NCBI GenBank assembly: GCA_963713825.1
Contig: CAVQNG010000003.1
Coordinates: 1,664,001-1,728,000 of the forward strand
Source: an uncultured Acidobacteriota bacterium
GTDB lineage: Bacteria > Acidobacteriota > Thermoanaerobaculia > Multivoradales > JAHEKO01
Direction of reading: 5' to 3'
DNA length: 64,000 nt
Part shown: positions 1 to 9,415 of the stretch, piece after piece
Layout: each line of letters begins with the position of its first letter
Position numbering within the stretch: position 1 is the first letter of the stretch
Translations under genes and position numbers: made by a program
The notes under the pieces: generated by a model
Database searches by the model: none
Told to the model about the DNA's origin: nothing
What the model saw: only the letters and a program-made list of their open reading frames with translations

Positions 1-166
1 GACCTGGAAGCGTAGCGGTGCACAAGTCCCTCCGTTTCGGTGCGGTTCAAAATCACCGCCAGAGACTATCCCGAAACGAAGGTTCGAGAGCTCCGGACTC
101 GTGGTTCTGTCCCCGGCTCGAGGTGTGCGCTCGAGATGCCTGGACTGGTCTCTTGGTTTTCCTGGC

Positions 167-1390
167 TCAGTCGGAGTCGATGCCGACAGGGAGAGGCTCG
201 CCCTGTTGGACAGCGTCGAGTGCCGCACTGAGGTCCTGAATCAAGTCCGCGGTGTCCTCGCAGCCGACCGCGAGTCGGATCAAGTTGTCATCGATCCCGG
301 CCTGTTCTCGCGCCTCCTGAGGCAGGCTGGCATGGGTCATCGAGGCCGGGTGCTCGATCAGGGTCTCGACCCCGCCAAGCGAAACCGCGAGAGTTGGGAT
401 CTTCACCTGTTCCATCAAGAAGCGACCGGCTTCGAGCCCACCGTGGACCCCAAAGCAGAGGATAGCTCCGGGTCCGTCCATCTGCTCCTCGGCCAGCTCG
501 CGCTGAGGGTGATCCGAGGCTCCCGGATACCTCACCCACTCCACTGCGGGATGGCCATGAAGAGTCTCTGAAAGAGCGATAGCACTCTTCTGCGCCTGGG
601 CGACTCGCAATCCAAGGGTCTTGAGGCCACGGTGTACCAGCCAGGCCTGGTGAGGGTCGATGCAGCCTCCGTGGTGGTTGAGCACGTCTCGGATGGCCTT
701 CCTTTGCGGCTCCGTGGAAGTCACGATGATGCCGGCCACGACATCGGCATGCCCATTCAGAAATTTGGTCATGCTGTGCACGACGATGTTGGCGCCGAGC
801 TCGAGGGGCCGCTGCAACACGGGGGTGGCGAAGGTGTTGTCGACGACGAGCACCAGCTCATGCTGTCGGGCGATCTCGGCGCATTTCCTGATGTCGGTGA
901 GGCGGATCGTCGGGTTCTCGGGCGTCTCGATGTAGAGCACTCGGGTCTCGGGGCGGACCGCGGCACGAATGTTCTCGGTATTCGTGGTGTCGACGAAGTC
1001 CGATTGCACCGCAAATCTCCTCAGGTGCTTCTCCACGAGAACTCGAGAGGGGCCGTAGACCGAATCCGTTCCGACCAGGTGGGCACCTGCTTCCAGATAG
1101 GTGAGCAGAACCGTGGTGATGGCAGCCATCCCGGAGCTGGTGGCCAAGCCAGCATGACCGCCCTCCATCGACGCGATCGCACCTTCGAGGGCGGCCACAG
1201 TCGGGTTGCCCATGCGGGTGTAGATGTAACCACTCTCGTCTCCCCGGAAGCGGGCGGCACCCTGATCGACGCCCTCGAAGGCAAACGTCGAGGATTGGTA
1301 GATGGGGACCGAAACCCCTCCATGAAGGGGATCTGGCTCGCACCCGGCGTGAACGGACTGGGTATTGAATCCACCTTTTTCCTGGCTCAT
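167..1390 (-). CDS. PLP-dependent trans-sulfuration enzyme (methionine gamma-lyase / cystathionine gamma-lyase family)
   Basis: Family motifs PIYQSSTF, YTRMGNPT, SSGMAAI, VVDNTF, HSMTKFLNGH (PLP Lys) and AVSLGGVETL. Confidence 0.9.
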   Translation of the reverse strand: MSQEKGGFNTQSVHAGCEPDPLHGGVSVPIYQSSTFAFEGVDQGAARFRGDESGYIYTRMGNPTVAALEGAIASMEGGHAGLATSSGMAAITTVLLTYLEAGAHLVGTDSVYGPSRVLVEKHLRRFAVQSDFVDTTNTENIRAAVRPETRVLYIETPENPTIRLTDIRKCAEIARQHELVLVVDNTFATPVLQRPLELGANIVVHSMTKFLNGHADVVAGIIVTSTEPQRKAIRDVLNHHGGCIDPHQAWLVHRGLKTLGLRVAQAQKSAIALSETLHGHPAVEWVRYPGASDHPQRELAEEQMDGPGAILCFGVHGGLEAGRFLMEQVKIPTLAVSLGGVETLIEHPASMTHASLPQEAREQAGIDDNLIRLAVGCEDTADLIQDLSAALDAVQQGEPLPVGIDSD

Positions 1391-1402
1391 CAGTGTGCCC
1401 TC

Positions 1403-1879
1403 CTACGAGTGAACTTTGGATCTCATGCTGCGAACCGGACGATCCGAATGATCATGGCCATGGCCATCTCCACAGCAGTGTCCTCGACCATGACCCCTCC
1501 CCGCGCCATGAGCGCCTCCTGGCCTGCCTCCACCGCAAACCTCGTCAGCCGACAGCTTGCGCAGCTGGCCGAGACGCAACGCCTCGAGGATCTCCCCTAC
1601 CGTTCCAGGCTCTGGGATCAAGACGTCTATCCCAGCTTCCTGCAGTCCGGCGAAGGCCCGGCGGCCAAGACCCGCACAAGCGACAGCATTGATGTCATGA
1701 GCCCGCAGCTCATCGACATGGTGGCAGCCTCGAGGATGGGAATGAAGCCCGAGATTGCCCATGACCTGCAGGTCTCCGCTGTCGACCTCCACAATCGTGA
1801 AGAACGGGGCACTGCCGAAATGACTGAACAGTTGCGACTCGAGTCCCAGGTCATCCTGGGTCGGAATACAGATCTTCAT
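1403..1879 (-). CDS. NifB/NifX-family Fe-Mo cofactor-binding domain protein with a His/Cys-rich tail
   Basis: MKICIPT...SHFGSAPFF and GLGRRA motifs; AGGAG upstream of the ATG at 1879; tail GHGRGHCCGDGHGHDH. Confidence 0.85.
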   Translation of the reverse strand: MKICIPTQDDLGLESQLFSHFGSAPFFTIVEVDSGDLQVMGNLGLHSHPRGCHHVDELRAHDINAVACAGLGRRAFAGLQEAGIDVLIPEPGTVGEILEALRLGQLRKLSADEVCGGGRPGGAHGAGRGHGRGHCCGDGHGHDHSDRPVRSMRSKVHS

Positions 1880-2162
1880 GATGAGCTCCTTCCTCGATAA
1901 GTAGGGCGCAGGATTGCAGCAAGGCTCGAAGCACTTTTTCGCGCCCGCTCTTGAGCAGGCGCTGAACGGTTCCCCGAGAAATCTCCATGCGTTGTCCGGC
2001 CGCCTCCTGGTCGAAGCCGTCGAGGTCACACAATCGCATTGCCTCCAGCTCGCTCAGCTCGAGACGAATCGCCTCCAATTGGTGCATTGGGATGCTCCGA
2101 GGTTTGAAGACCCGGTCACCTTCGTAGGCTCGGCACAGCTTTCGTTTTAGTGGTCGCGGCAT
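1851..2162 (-). CDS. DUF134 (UPF0251) HTH DNA-binding protein
   Basis: MPRP-x-K-R, FKP, ELEAMRLCDLDG-x-DQEAAGQRMEISRGT; overlaps the NifX-like gene as in an operon. Confidence 0.9.
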   Translation of the reverse strand: MPRPLKRKLCRAYEGDRVFKPRSIPMHQLEAIRLELSELEAMRLCDLDGFDQEAAGQRMEISRGTVQRLLKSGREKVLRALLQSCALLIEEGAHHEDLYSDPG

Positions 2163-2179
2163 GGAATCGAACCTATATC

Positions 2180-2191
2180 GTGCATATGCAC
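2180..2191. promoter_or_regulatory. Perfect palindrome GTGCATATGCAC, candidate DUF134 operator
   Basis: 12-bp palindrome ending 17 bp upstream of the DUF134 start codon. Confidence 0.5.
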
Positions 2192-2235
2192 AATACTCCC
2201 AATGGACATCGGGGTCAAGGCAGAGAGAGTCGGGC

Positions 2236-2418
2236 CTACGCCGTGTGCAGAAGCGTGATGAAGAACCACACCGTCAACACTGCGCAGGCGGCGGCCATGA
2301 GAGCGAGCAGGCCGGCAACGGCGGGGTTCTTCCGGACATTGACGACCGCAGCAATCACGAAGACCACGACCAGGGCTATGTGAAGGAGTGGTAGTAGAGC
2401 GAGAAGCGGTGTTTGCAT
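2236..2418 (-). CDS. Small two-helix membrane protein
   Basis: 60 aa with two hydrophobic segments; GGAGG upstream. Confidence 0.6.
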   Translation of the reverse strand: MQTPLLALLPLLHIALVVVFVIAAVVNVRKNPAVAGLLALMAAACAVLTVWFFITLLHTA

Positions 2419-2478
2419 GATTCTGCACCTCCAGTCGAGAATGGTGGGCAGGTCCAGGCGGCGGCGAAAGATACCTCT

Positions 2479-3420
2479 CTAGTAGCTGAAGGCCGGATGG
2501 ACTGGAAACTCGAGAGCATGATGGCCAGGCGTCTGACCCTTCATTTCCAGCGCGTCCACCAGTCCTTGTACCTCCCGCTTTGCCTGCTGCGACTCGAGCC
2601 GCTCACCCATCAACCAGGACTCCGAGATCGAAGGGTCGTGACGAATCTGGGCCACCGGGTGAATGCCTCGCCTGGCCAGCAACTCGAACAGATGTCTCGA
2701 GCTCTTTGGTTCGACGCGATTGAGGACCACGAGTACGCGCTGAATTCGTGCCTGCCTGTAGAGGTTCCGAGCTACCGACACCAGGTCGGGGTGGTCAAGG
2801 TGGGCTGTCGCTGGCAGATCGCCTTTTTGGATCCGATCGATCAACTCGCTCAGATCGATGGCCATCTGGACAGCGGCCAGAGTCGGATCGACAACGACCA
2901 CGGCCTGGTCGAGACCGACTAAGACGCCCCGAGCGGAGTCTTCAAAGCCCGCCTTGAAGTCCAGCAAGGTCACACATTCTCCATGTCTCAAATGGAGCCT
3001 GAGATCGCGAGCGATCTTCGCCATCGGGCCGTCGCATCCTGCTCCCGGACCTCTGTCACCCATTTTTCCGGCGGCCAGAAGCCAGACGCCATCGATGCTC
3101 CGCCTGACGAAGCGACTGGGCAAGTCTTCGACAACGATCTCTGCGCCGGGCAACGGAGTCGGGTCATCCACCGGGCAGGTGACCGCGCCGCCGCTGAACA
3201 CCATTCCCCCAAAACAGTCGACCAGAGGCTCTGGCGCGTCATCGAGTCCGAACGCCCGATGCAACCCCACATTGGTGGAGTCGGCATCGAGAACACAGAC
3301 TTCATATCCTCGCTTGCGAAGAGCCTTCGCGGCCAGGACCGTGATGGTGCTCTTACCACTGCCCCCTTTCCCGAAGATGCCAACTCGGGTACCTGAAAGT
3401 GGTTTCGAAGTTGGGCTCAT
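2479..3420 (-). CDS. CooC/MinD-ParA family ATPase (nickel-insertase-like)
   Basis: Deviant Walker A GKGGSGKST, LDADS, GAGCDG, LLDFKAGFED, VLNRV. Confidence 0.8.
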   Translation of the reverse strand: MSPTSKPLSGTRVGIFGKGGSGKSTITVLAAKALRKRGYEVCVLDADSTNVGLHRAFGLDDAPEPLVDCFGGMVFSGGAVTCPVDDPTPLPGAEIVVEDLPSRFVRRSIDGVWLLAAGKMGDRGPGAGCDGPMAKIARDLRLHLRHGECVTLLDFKAGFEDSARGVLVGLDQAVVVVDPTLAAVQMAIDLSELIDRIQKGDLPATAHLDHPDLVSVARNLYRQARIQRVLVVLNRVEPKSSRHLFELLARRGIHPVAQIRHDPSISESWLMGERLESQQAKREVQGLVDALEMKGQTPGHHALEFPVHPAFSY

Positions 3421-3626
3421 GACCTAGTCTCCTTTCCAGGTTGGAGATCGGAGCGGCTGTCCCAAGACGTCCTCGAGACGTCAGCTTCGGAAGGCGTGAG
3501 GTACATTGCCACATGACCTCCACCTTCTTCGATTATAGGACTGTACAAGTACTAATTCATCAACCAGAAGGACGATTCTTGCTACACGAATCGTTGACCT
3601 GAGCCCAGGATCGGGACAACTCTTCG

Positions 3627-4589
3627 TCAGTCTGGGTTTCGGAGGCGGGTGACGGCCTCGATGTCGACCCAGAAGATGTCAGGGAAACCGTTTGGATTGT
3701 CGCGAGCGCTGCTGAAGAAGAGGTACTTGCCGTCCGGTGAGATGACGGGCCAGTTCTCTTCTGAGGTCGAGTTGACTTCAGGCCCAAGGGTGACTGCCGG
3801 GCCCCAAGAGTCGTCGGGCCTTCGGAAGCTGACATAGAGGTCTCCGAGGAGACCTTCACCCATCTGATCCGGGCGTCCGGCCGAGTAGAAGACGATGAAA
3901 CTGCCATCGGGTGCTAGCGCCGGCTCGGCGTCCACGGCTGCGGGATCATTGATCACTGGTCCCAGGCTCTCGGGTGCCTCGAATGCACCGTCGGTGAGCC
4001 GTGTACGGAGGAGATCCTTTGCCAGGGCTCCGCATCCGAAGTAGAAGTAACCGTCGGAGTGGAGCCTGGCAGTCCACCAGCCCTGGGTGTGACCGGTGGG
4101 GGACCCGACATAGGTGGGCTGTGCCGAATCGATCTCCTCGGTCGACAGCTTCCAGAGATGGGCGTCGCGGCCTGGCTCGCCCTCACCGCTTCGGGGTCTC
4201 ATGGACATGAAATAGAGGTCCGAGCCAGCGGGTGAGAAGAAGGGAGCAGCGTCGTTGAATCGCCCTGAGAAAGGTGCGGTGGTCGGACCGTTCCATCCGT
4301 CCTCCGTCTGTTCCAACACGAGGATCGACGAAGTGAAGGAGGCGTCCATCCGGCTGAAGTAGATCCGCTTGCCGTCCGGGCTGATGGCAGGGTGAAACTC
4401 AGGCGCCCCCGTGGAGACCAGACCAGGGGCAAAAACCTCGGGTATCAATTCTGGCGGAGCCTGTCCCAGGTAGCCACCGCTCGAGGGAACGAAGGTTGGA
4501 CCCTGTTCTGCGAACGCCGTTCCGAAGGTGGCGATGAGGGTCACCGTTAGAACGAACGACGAGATGTAGCGCCTTTCCAACCGCATCAT
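3627..4589 (-). CDS. Secreted PD40/TolB-like beta-propeller protein
   Basis: Signal peptide; repeats PAISPDGKRIYFSR, PFFSPAGSDLYF, PALAPDGSFIVF, PVISPDGKYLFFSS. Confidence 0.85.
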   Translation of the reverse strand: MMRLERRYISSFVLTVTLIATFGTAFAEQGPTFVPSSGGYLGQAPPELIPEVFAPGLVSTGAPEFHPAISPDGKRIYFSRMDASFTSSILVLEQTEDGWNGPTTAPFSGRFNDAAPFFSPAGSDLYFMSMRPRSGEGEPGRDAHLWKLSTEEIDSAQPTYVGSPTGHTQGWWTARLHSDGYFYFGCGALAKDLLRTRLTDGAFEAPESLGPVINDPAAVDAEPALAPDGSFIVFYSAGRPDQMGEGLLGDLYVSFRRPDDSWGPAVTLGPEVNSTSEENWPVISPDGKYLFFSSARDNPNGFPDIFWVDIEAVTRLRNPD

Positions 4590-4728
4590 CTTCTTCCCTT
4601 GTCAATCCTACTAAGGAGCTGGCACTGACAGACAGATATCGTCTTTGTTTGAGTTCGAAGTGTCCCGCACCCAGAGAGAGCCTTCAGAACGACTAACTGG
4701 ATGGGAACTCGCTAGTCCCAGCGGTGAC

Positions 4729-7134
4729 CTACTCGTCCCGCAAGACGTCAGCCGGATCTGTGCGAGTGGCTGAGAGGGCGGGCAACAAGGACGCTGCCAG
4801 GGCGACGGCTGCAAGGAGCGTCGCTGCCCCGACGAGTGTGGTCGCATCCATCGGACTGACCCCGTAAAGCACCGAGCGCAGGCTCCGAGTCAGGATCAGG
4901 CTGCCGATGAGACCCAGGCCCAGACCGAGCGTCGAGATCCTGAAGCCGCGCCAGAGGATGCTCTTCAGGGTCTTCGCGTTGTCGGCACCGAGAGCCATTC
5001 GGATGGCAATCTCCCGCCGTCGCCGAGTGACGCTGTAGGCCATGGCCGCATAGATCCCCGAGGTTGCCAGCACCAGACCCACCACAGCGAGAATCGAGAA
5101 CAGCAGAGTCCTGAACCGGGCAGGCGCCTCCGATCTCCGGACGCGTTCTTCCATGAGAGCCAGGTCTCGGACTGGAATCCGGGGATCGAGGTCGGAAACG
5201 ACCTTGCGGACAGCGGGCATGAGCGCTGCCGGGTCGCCAGTCGAGGTCCGGATCGAAGTGTAGAGTCCGCGCCAGGGATTCTGCAGGAAGGGTGTGTAGA
5301 CGGTGGGTGCGATCCCTCCTGTGGCGCCGGAGTCGTAGGGCACGTCTGCTGCGATCCCCACGATGGTCAACCAGTTGCCATCAGGGTCGAAGTCACCTCC
5401 CTGGAATCGAGCCCCGACCGCATCTCGGTCGGGAAAATGTCGTCTCGCGAAAGTCTCGTTGACCACCGCGACGCTCGTGCTTCCCGGTCTGTCGTCGGCT
5501 GTGAAGGAGCGACCGCTGAGGACCGGGATGCCGAGAGTGGTGAAGTACCCCTCGCTGGCCAGCATCCACTCTGCCGTGAGTTGCTGCCCGGCGGTGCTCG
5601 ATTCGTCTCCTTCGAGGTTGTAGTTGTTGGTCATCCTCAACTCATTGGGCGGCAGCGAGGTGGAGAAGCCGACACCAGTGACCCCTGGAACCGACAGCAG
5701 GTTCAGCTCCAGGCGGTCGAAGAACTCCACCCACGCAGCGGAGTCCCCGTAGGCTTCCTCGGGCAGGTCGATCCTCCAGGTCACCAGTCCCTGCGTTGGG
5801 AAGCCGAGATCCTCGTGCTGGAGCAGCATCATGCTTCGCAGAAGCAGTCCTGCCGCGGTAATGACCGTGAATGCCAGGGCGAACTCGCCAATGACGAGTG
5901 CCTGACGCAAGCGGGTCGAGGCGCTTCCGGCGGAGCTTGTTGTGCCACTCTCTCGAACGTGTTGCCCGAGTTTGCGCCAGGGGATCTGAATCGCCGGAGC
6001 CAGGCCTGCGAGGACACCTGCCGCCACGCCCAGCACAAGAGTGAAAGCGAGGACGGTGAGATTAACCTCGACCTCATGAAGCCTGGGTACGAAGGAGACC
6101 CCGGCAACGGAGATCAACTGCACGCCCCAGAAAGCCAGGGCGAGACCGGCCAGCGAGCCGATCAGACCCAGCACTGCCGCTTCGGTGATCAGTTGCCTGA
6201 CGAGGCGGGTAGGCGCGGCTCCCAGCGCGGCGCGGGTGGCCATCTCGCGACTTCGTGCCGTGGAGCGTGACAGAAGGAGATTCGCCACGTTGCCGATTGC
6301 GATGAGGAGCACCAGAGAGACGGCGCCCATAAGGAGCCAGAGCGTGGTGTTCGTGTTGCCCACCACGGCCTGTCTCAGCGGCTCAACTTCGTAGCGCCAG
6401 TTGTCCGAGGCATCCGGGAAGCGTTCCTGCAGAGCCGATTGAGTACGGAGCAGATCTTCCCGAGCCGCTATCAGGTCGGCGCCCTCCTCGAGCCTTCCCA
6501 CGCCGCTCAGATAGAAGGGACCCTGTCTGGATGGGAGGTCGAACTCGAGCAGCGGCCAGACATCTTCCTTCTCCTGGCCGGGTACGGCGAATCCTGGTGG
6601 CATCACCCCGACAATGGTGAAGGGTCGGCTGTCCAGTTCGATTCCGTCTCCGAGGACCTTCTCAGAACCGCCAAACCTGTCCATCCACAGGTGGTGGCTG
6701 ATGAGGGCCGCCGAGTCGTCATCGGGTGCGAAAGTTCGGCCGACGGCCGCCTCCACTCCCAGGACCGCAGGCATGGTCCGGCTCAGCCAGGAGCCATCGA
6801 CGATCTGCGGCCCCGCGGAGGTGATCAGCGTAAAGCCGTTGGATTCACGATCGTAGGCGCCAACCGCTGTGAAGCGTTGTTGGGTCTCGACCCACGTCAT
6901 CAGATCAGCGTCCGAGATGGCGCCCCCGAACTCGGGCCATTGGATCCACATGTGCACCAGCTGTGGGGAGTCGGGATATGGCAGCGGCTGCAGTAGAACG
7001 CCGTGGAGCACGCTGAAGATGGCGGTGTTGGCTCCGATCCCGACGGCCATGGAGAGAATCGCCACGGCCGACAGAGTCGGTGTCTTGAAGAGGGTGCGAA
7101 TGCCGAAGCGCAGATCCGTAAACAGACTCATCAT
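4729..7134 (-). CDS. ADOP-type duplicated ABC transporter permease (MacB_PCD/FtsX x2)
   Basis: DLRFGIRTL, GIGANTAIFSV, LLIAIGNVANLLL, REMATRAALGA, RRREIAIRMALGA. Confidence 0.92.
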   Translation of the reverse strand: MMSLFTDLRFGIRTLFKTPTLSAVAILSMAVGIGANTAIFSVLHGVLLQPLPYPDSPQLVHMWIQWPEFGGAISDADLMTWVETQQRFTAVGAYDRESNGFTLITSAGPQIVDGSWLSRTMPAVLGVEAAVGRTFAPDDDSAALISHHLWMDRFGGSEKVLGDGIELDSRPFTIVGVMPPGFAVPGQEKEDVWPLLEFDLPSRQGPFYLSGVGRLEEGADLIAAREDLLRTQSALQERFPDASDNWRYEVEPLRQAVVGNTNTTLWLLMGAVSLVLLIAIGNVANLLLSRSTARSREMATRAALGAAPTRLVRQLITEAAVLGLIGSLAGLALAFWGVQLISVAGVSFVPRLHEVEVNLTVLAFTLVLGVAAGVLAGLAPAIQIPWRKLGQHVRESGTTSSAGSASTRLRQALVIGEFALAFTVITAAGLLLRSMMLLQHEDLGFPTQGLVTWRIDLPEEAYGDSAAWVEFFDRLELNLLSVPGVTGVGFSTSLPPNELRMTNNYNLEGDESSTAGQQLTAEWMLASEGYFTTLGIPVLSGRSFTADDRPGSTSVAVVNETFARRHFPDRDAVGARFQGGDFDPDGNWLTIVGIAADVPYDSGATGGIAPTVYTPFLQNPWRGLYTSIRTSTGDPAALMPAVRKVVSDLDPRIPVRDLALMEERVRRSEAPARFRTLLFSILAVVGLVLATSGIYAAMAYSVTRRRREIAIRMALGADNAKTLKSILWRGFRISTLGLGLGLIGSLILTRSLRSVLYGVSPMDATTLVGAATLLAAVALAASLLPALSATRTDPADVLRDE

Positions 7135-7358
7135 GATGTCGTCTCCATCCTCTGGACCTCTCTGCTAGATCTGCAAGGCAGGTGCCACAGGTTGGAGACC
7201 AAAAGTCCAAGGGACAGGCATGTCGAGATCGCCTGGAAGTCCGATTGTGGGACTCGCATGCGCCGAAAGCGCACACGAAGGGGAGCTGGCTAGCAAGCCT
7301 TCTTGAAGGTGGCGCCACCTAGGTGTAGGCTGAAGGCACCTCGAAAGGAGGTCTCGAG

Positions 7359-8048
7359 ATGCGCGCAACGCGGGTCCTGTGTTTGCTAATGGCGGCATGG
7401 CTTCTCGGGTCGGGAGGCGTGTTCGCGGCCCACTTCGACAATTCCGAATCCCGGGAGTCGGCGCTGTTCGCGGATGGGCTCGAGTCGGGCGATCTGACAG
7501 CTTGGTCGAGTACGACACATTCGATCCTCGATTTGCCGCCGTACGCGGACCAGTCTCAGATCGCTGGCCTGTTGTGGCCCTACTGCGACAGTGGTGACTG
7601 CCCGGCACCGTTGCAGGCCCATGACGGACTCGACTTCACGCCGAACCAGAACCTAGCTGTCTTTCATGCTGCGGTACCAGGTGTGGTGACCAACGTGGAC
7701 CCCTATTTCAACCCCGGCAACGGCTACTGGCAGGTAAATGTGAGAGTGGAGTACGCGCACGACCACACCCACGCTTTGAACTACGCCTTCGAGCCGATGG
7801 GCGACAGCACCGATGATCGCGATGCGCAGCTGGCCGAGATCGATGTCGTGGTGGGACAGGTTGTTGCACTTGGCGATGTCATCGGGCGACTGGTGGTGGT
7901 CGGCGCGCATGCCCACCTCCATTTCGGGCTCTTCGAGGTCTGGGACCAGGTCTGTCCCGAGCCCTTCATGTCCGAGGCAGTCCGGACGGAGCTGCGAGAC
8001 CTGATTCAGTCGGAGCCGGGCCACGAAGACTGGGAAATCTGTAATTGA
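7359..8048 (+). CDS. Secreted M23-family peptidase-like protein
   Basis: Signal peptide; HDGLDF (HxxxD) and HLHF zinc motifs; AGGAGG RBS. Confidence 0.75.
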   Translation: MRATRVLCLLMAAWLLGSGGVFAAHFDNSESRESALFADGLESGDLTAWSSTTHSILDLPPYADQSQIAGLLWPYCDSGDCPAPLQAHDGLDFTPNQNLAVFHAAVPGVVTNVDPYFNPGNGYWQVNVRVEYAHDHTHALNYAFEPMGDSTDDRDAQLAEIDVVVGQVVALGDVIGRLVVVGAHAHLHFGLFEVWDQVCPEPFMSEAVRTELRDLIQSEPGHEDWEICN

Positions 8049-8150
8049 GGGTTGAGGCGGCCGTCATACCTCCGGCCGGCCCTTGAGCAGTGAGGTCGGG
8101 GCGATCCCTCGTACCTCCCGATCGACCTTTGGGCAGTGAGGCAGTGAGAG
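8046..8150 (-). repeat. REP-like hairpin pair, family 3 (CCTCAAAG-stem-GGAGGTACG-stem-CCTCAA)
   Basis: Reverse complement resembles copies at 30171, 37334, 53921, 59166, 60840 and 61885. Confidence 0.65.
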
Positions 8151-8180
8151 CTTAGGTGGCCGGCGCCCCTGCCGGCCGTC

Positions 8181-9245
8181 CTAGAAGTAGTCGGTAAACA
8201 GAAGACCCAGGCCGAGAGTGTTGGTGTGGACGTTGTAGTCGATCAGGCTCTCGCCGTAGCCATTGAAGTACTGCACGTAACCCCTGAGCCGCTTGTGGAT
8301 CGGGAAGCTCCAGTCGGTCTGGAAGGTTCCCTTGCTGAAGCCTGACTGGAGGTTGTTCCTCAGCAGCAGGCTGAACGTATTCTGCCGCCATTTGTAGGCG
8401 CCACGGATCTCGACATTGCCCATGTAGTCCTGGATGTCTTCGTTGCCGATCTTGTCCCCGATGATGATCCAGGGCTTGATGCTGAGAGCGATGTTGTTCC
8501 TCTCGAAGATGAAGTTGGCGAAGAGCCGGTTCCAGCTTCGAGAAATGGGTTCGTTCCGGCCGTTCGACTGGTGGACGAAGCCGAAACTGTTGAGCCGATT
8601 GGTGAACCCGAGAATCTTCCACTTGTTTTCAAACTGAAACCAGAGCTCAGGTTCGTGATTGGTCTCTCTGAACGGTAAAGATTCTTCCTGGTTGAACGCC
8701 TGCCAGAAGGAGCGGTTGGTGTAGGCGATGTACATGTGGCCGTTGTCCTTGATGATGTTGCGAACGATCGGCACCATGAAGCTGATCTGAAACTTGATCT
8801 CGGCCGCATCCAACTCGATGTCCTCGTCGGGGAAGGCCTCTTGCCAGGGCGTCTCGTTGGGGTCGGGGTTGTATCCGACCAGGACGTAGTTGGGTTTGTA
8901 GGGAGTGATGACGAAGCCCATCTCCTCGGTGGCCTTGGTCTCCTGGATTCTGGCTTCGAGTGGCGTCGCCTCTTCCTCTGCGCCAGCCGGCTCGAGTTGG
9001 CCTTCGGTCGCTTCCCGAGCCACTTCGAGACAGGCGTCCCTGATCTCTCGGACGAGCATCGTGTCGGAGGCGTCACCAAACCTCTCGAGCACGCAATCAT
9101 TGAATACGTCTTCGTCGAAGTCCGGCTCCTCGATGGCATACGCACTACGGGTCACCATCGTGCCAAGCATGACACCCAGCAGTAGGCCCATCGACAGGAG
9201 AGCTGTCTTGCTGGCAAATCTCGGAGAGCTAGTCACTTTCGCCAT
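8181..9245 (-). CDS. pldA: Outer-membrane phospholipase A
   Basis: EIKFQISF, PFRETNHEPE, catalytic HQSNG, SRSWNR, YFNGYGESLIDYN, C-terminal Phe; GGAAGG upstream of the ATG at 9245. Confidence 0.92.
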   Translation of the reverse strand: MAKVTSSPRFASKTALLSMGLLLGVMLGTMVTRSAYAIEEPDFDEDVFNDCVLERFGDASDTMLVREIRDACLEVAREATEGQLEPAGAEEEATPLEARIQETKATEEMGFVITPYKPNYVLVGYNPDPNETPWQEAFPDEDIELDAAEIKFQISFMVPIVRNIIKDNGHMYIAYTNRSFWQAFNQEESLPFRETNHEPELWFQFENKWKILGFTNRLNSFGFVHQSNGRNEPISRSWNRLFANFIFERNNIALSIKPWIIIGDKIGNEDIQDYMGNVEIRGAYKWRQNTFSLLLRNNLQSGFSKGTFQTDWSFPIHKRLRGYVQYFNGYGESLIDYNVHTNTLGLGLLFTDYF

Positions 9246-9339
9246 TTCGACCTTCCCTTTCCCATGCCATGAACTATTCTGGTTCGATCGCGCCATTACC
9301 ATATTGCAGAATCGCTGCAATGTCAGGTTTGACTCTTCC

Positions 9340-9396
9340 CCAGGACCCAGGACCCAGGACCCAGGACCCAGGACCCAGGACCCTAAGCCCCTAAGC
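9340..9396. repeat. Short tandem repeat (CCAGGAC)x6 followed by (CCCTAAGC)x2
   Basis: Directly visible in the divergent pldA/amn intergenic region. Confidence 0.9.
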
Positions 9397-9415
9397 GCCA
9401 AGTTACAATGTCCGC

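Noticed and set aside
1403-1879. Nitrogen fixation gene
   Set aside because: The NifB/NifX fold is widespread outside diazotrophs and there are no nifHDK genes in the window
632-1900. Long antisense ORFs (also 12875-13840, 24555-26051, 30390-31628, 32478-34043, 49856-51112)
   Set aside because: Shadow frames of well-supported genes in GC-rich DNA, with no recognisable motifs
3541-3560. Similarity of ACAAGTACTAAT to ACAAAGTACTTAAT at 43216 as a shared operator
   Set aside because: Short, gapped, AT-rich match that could arise by chance
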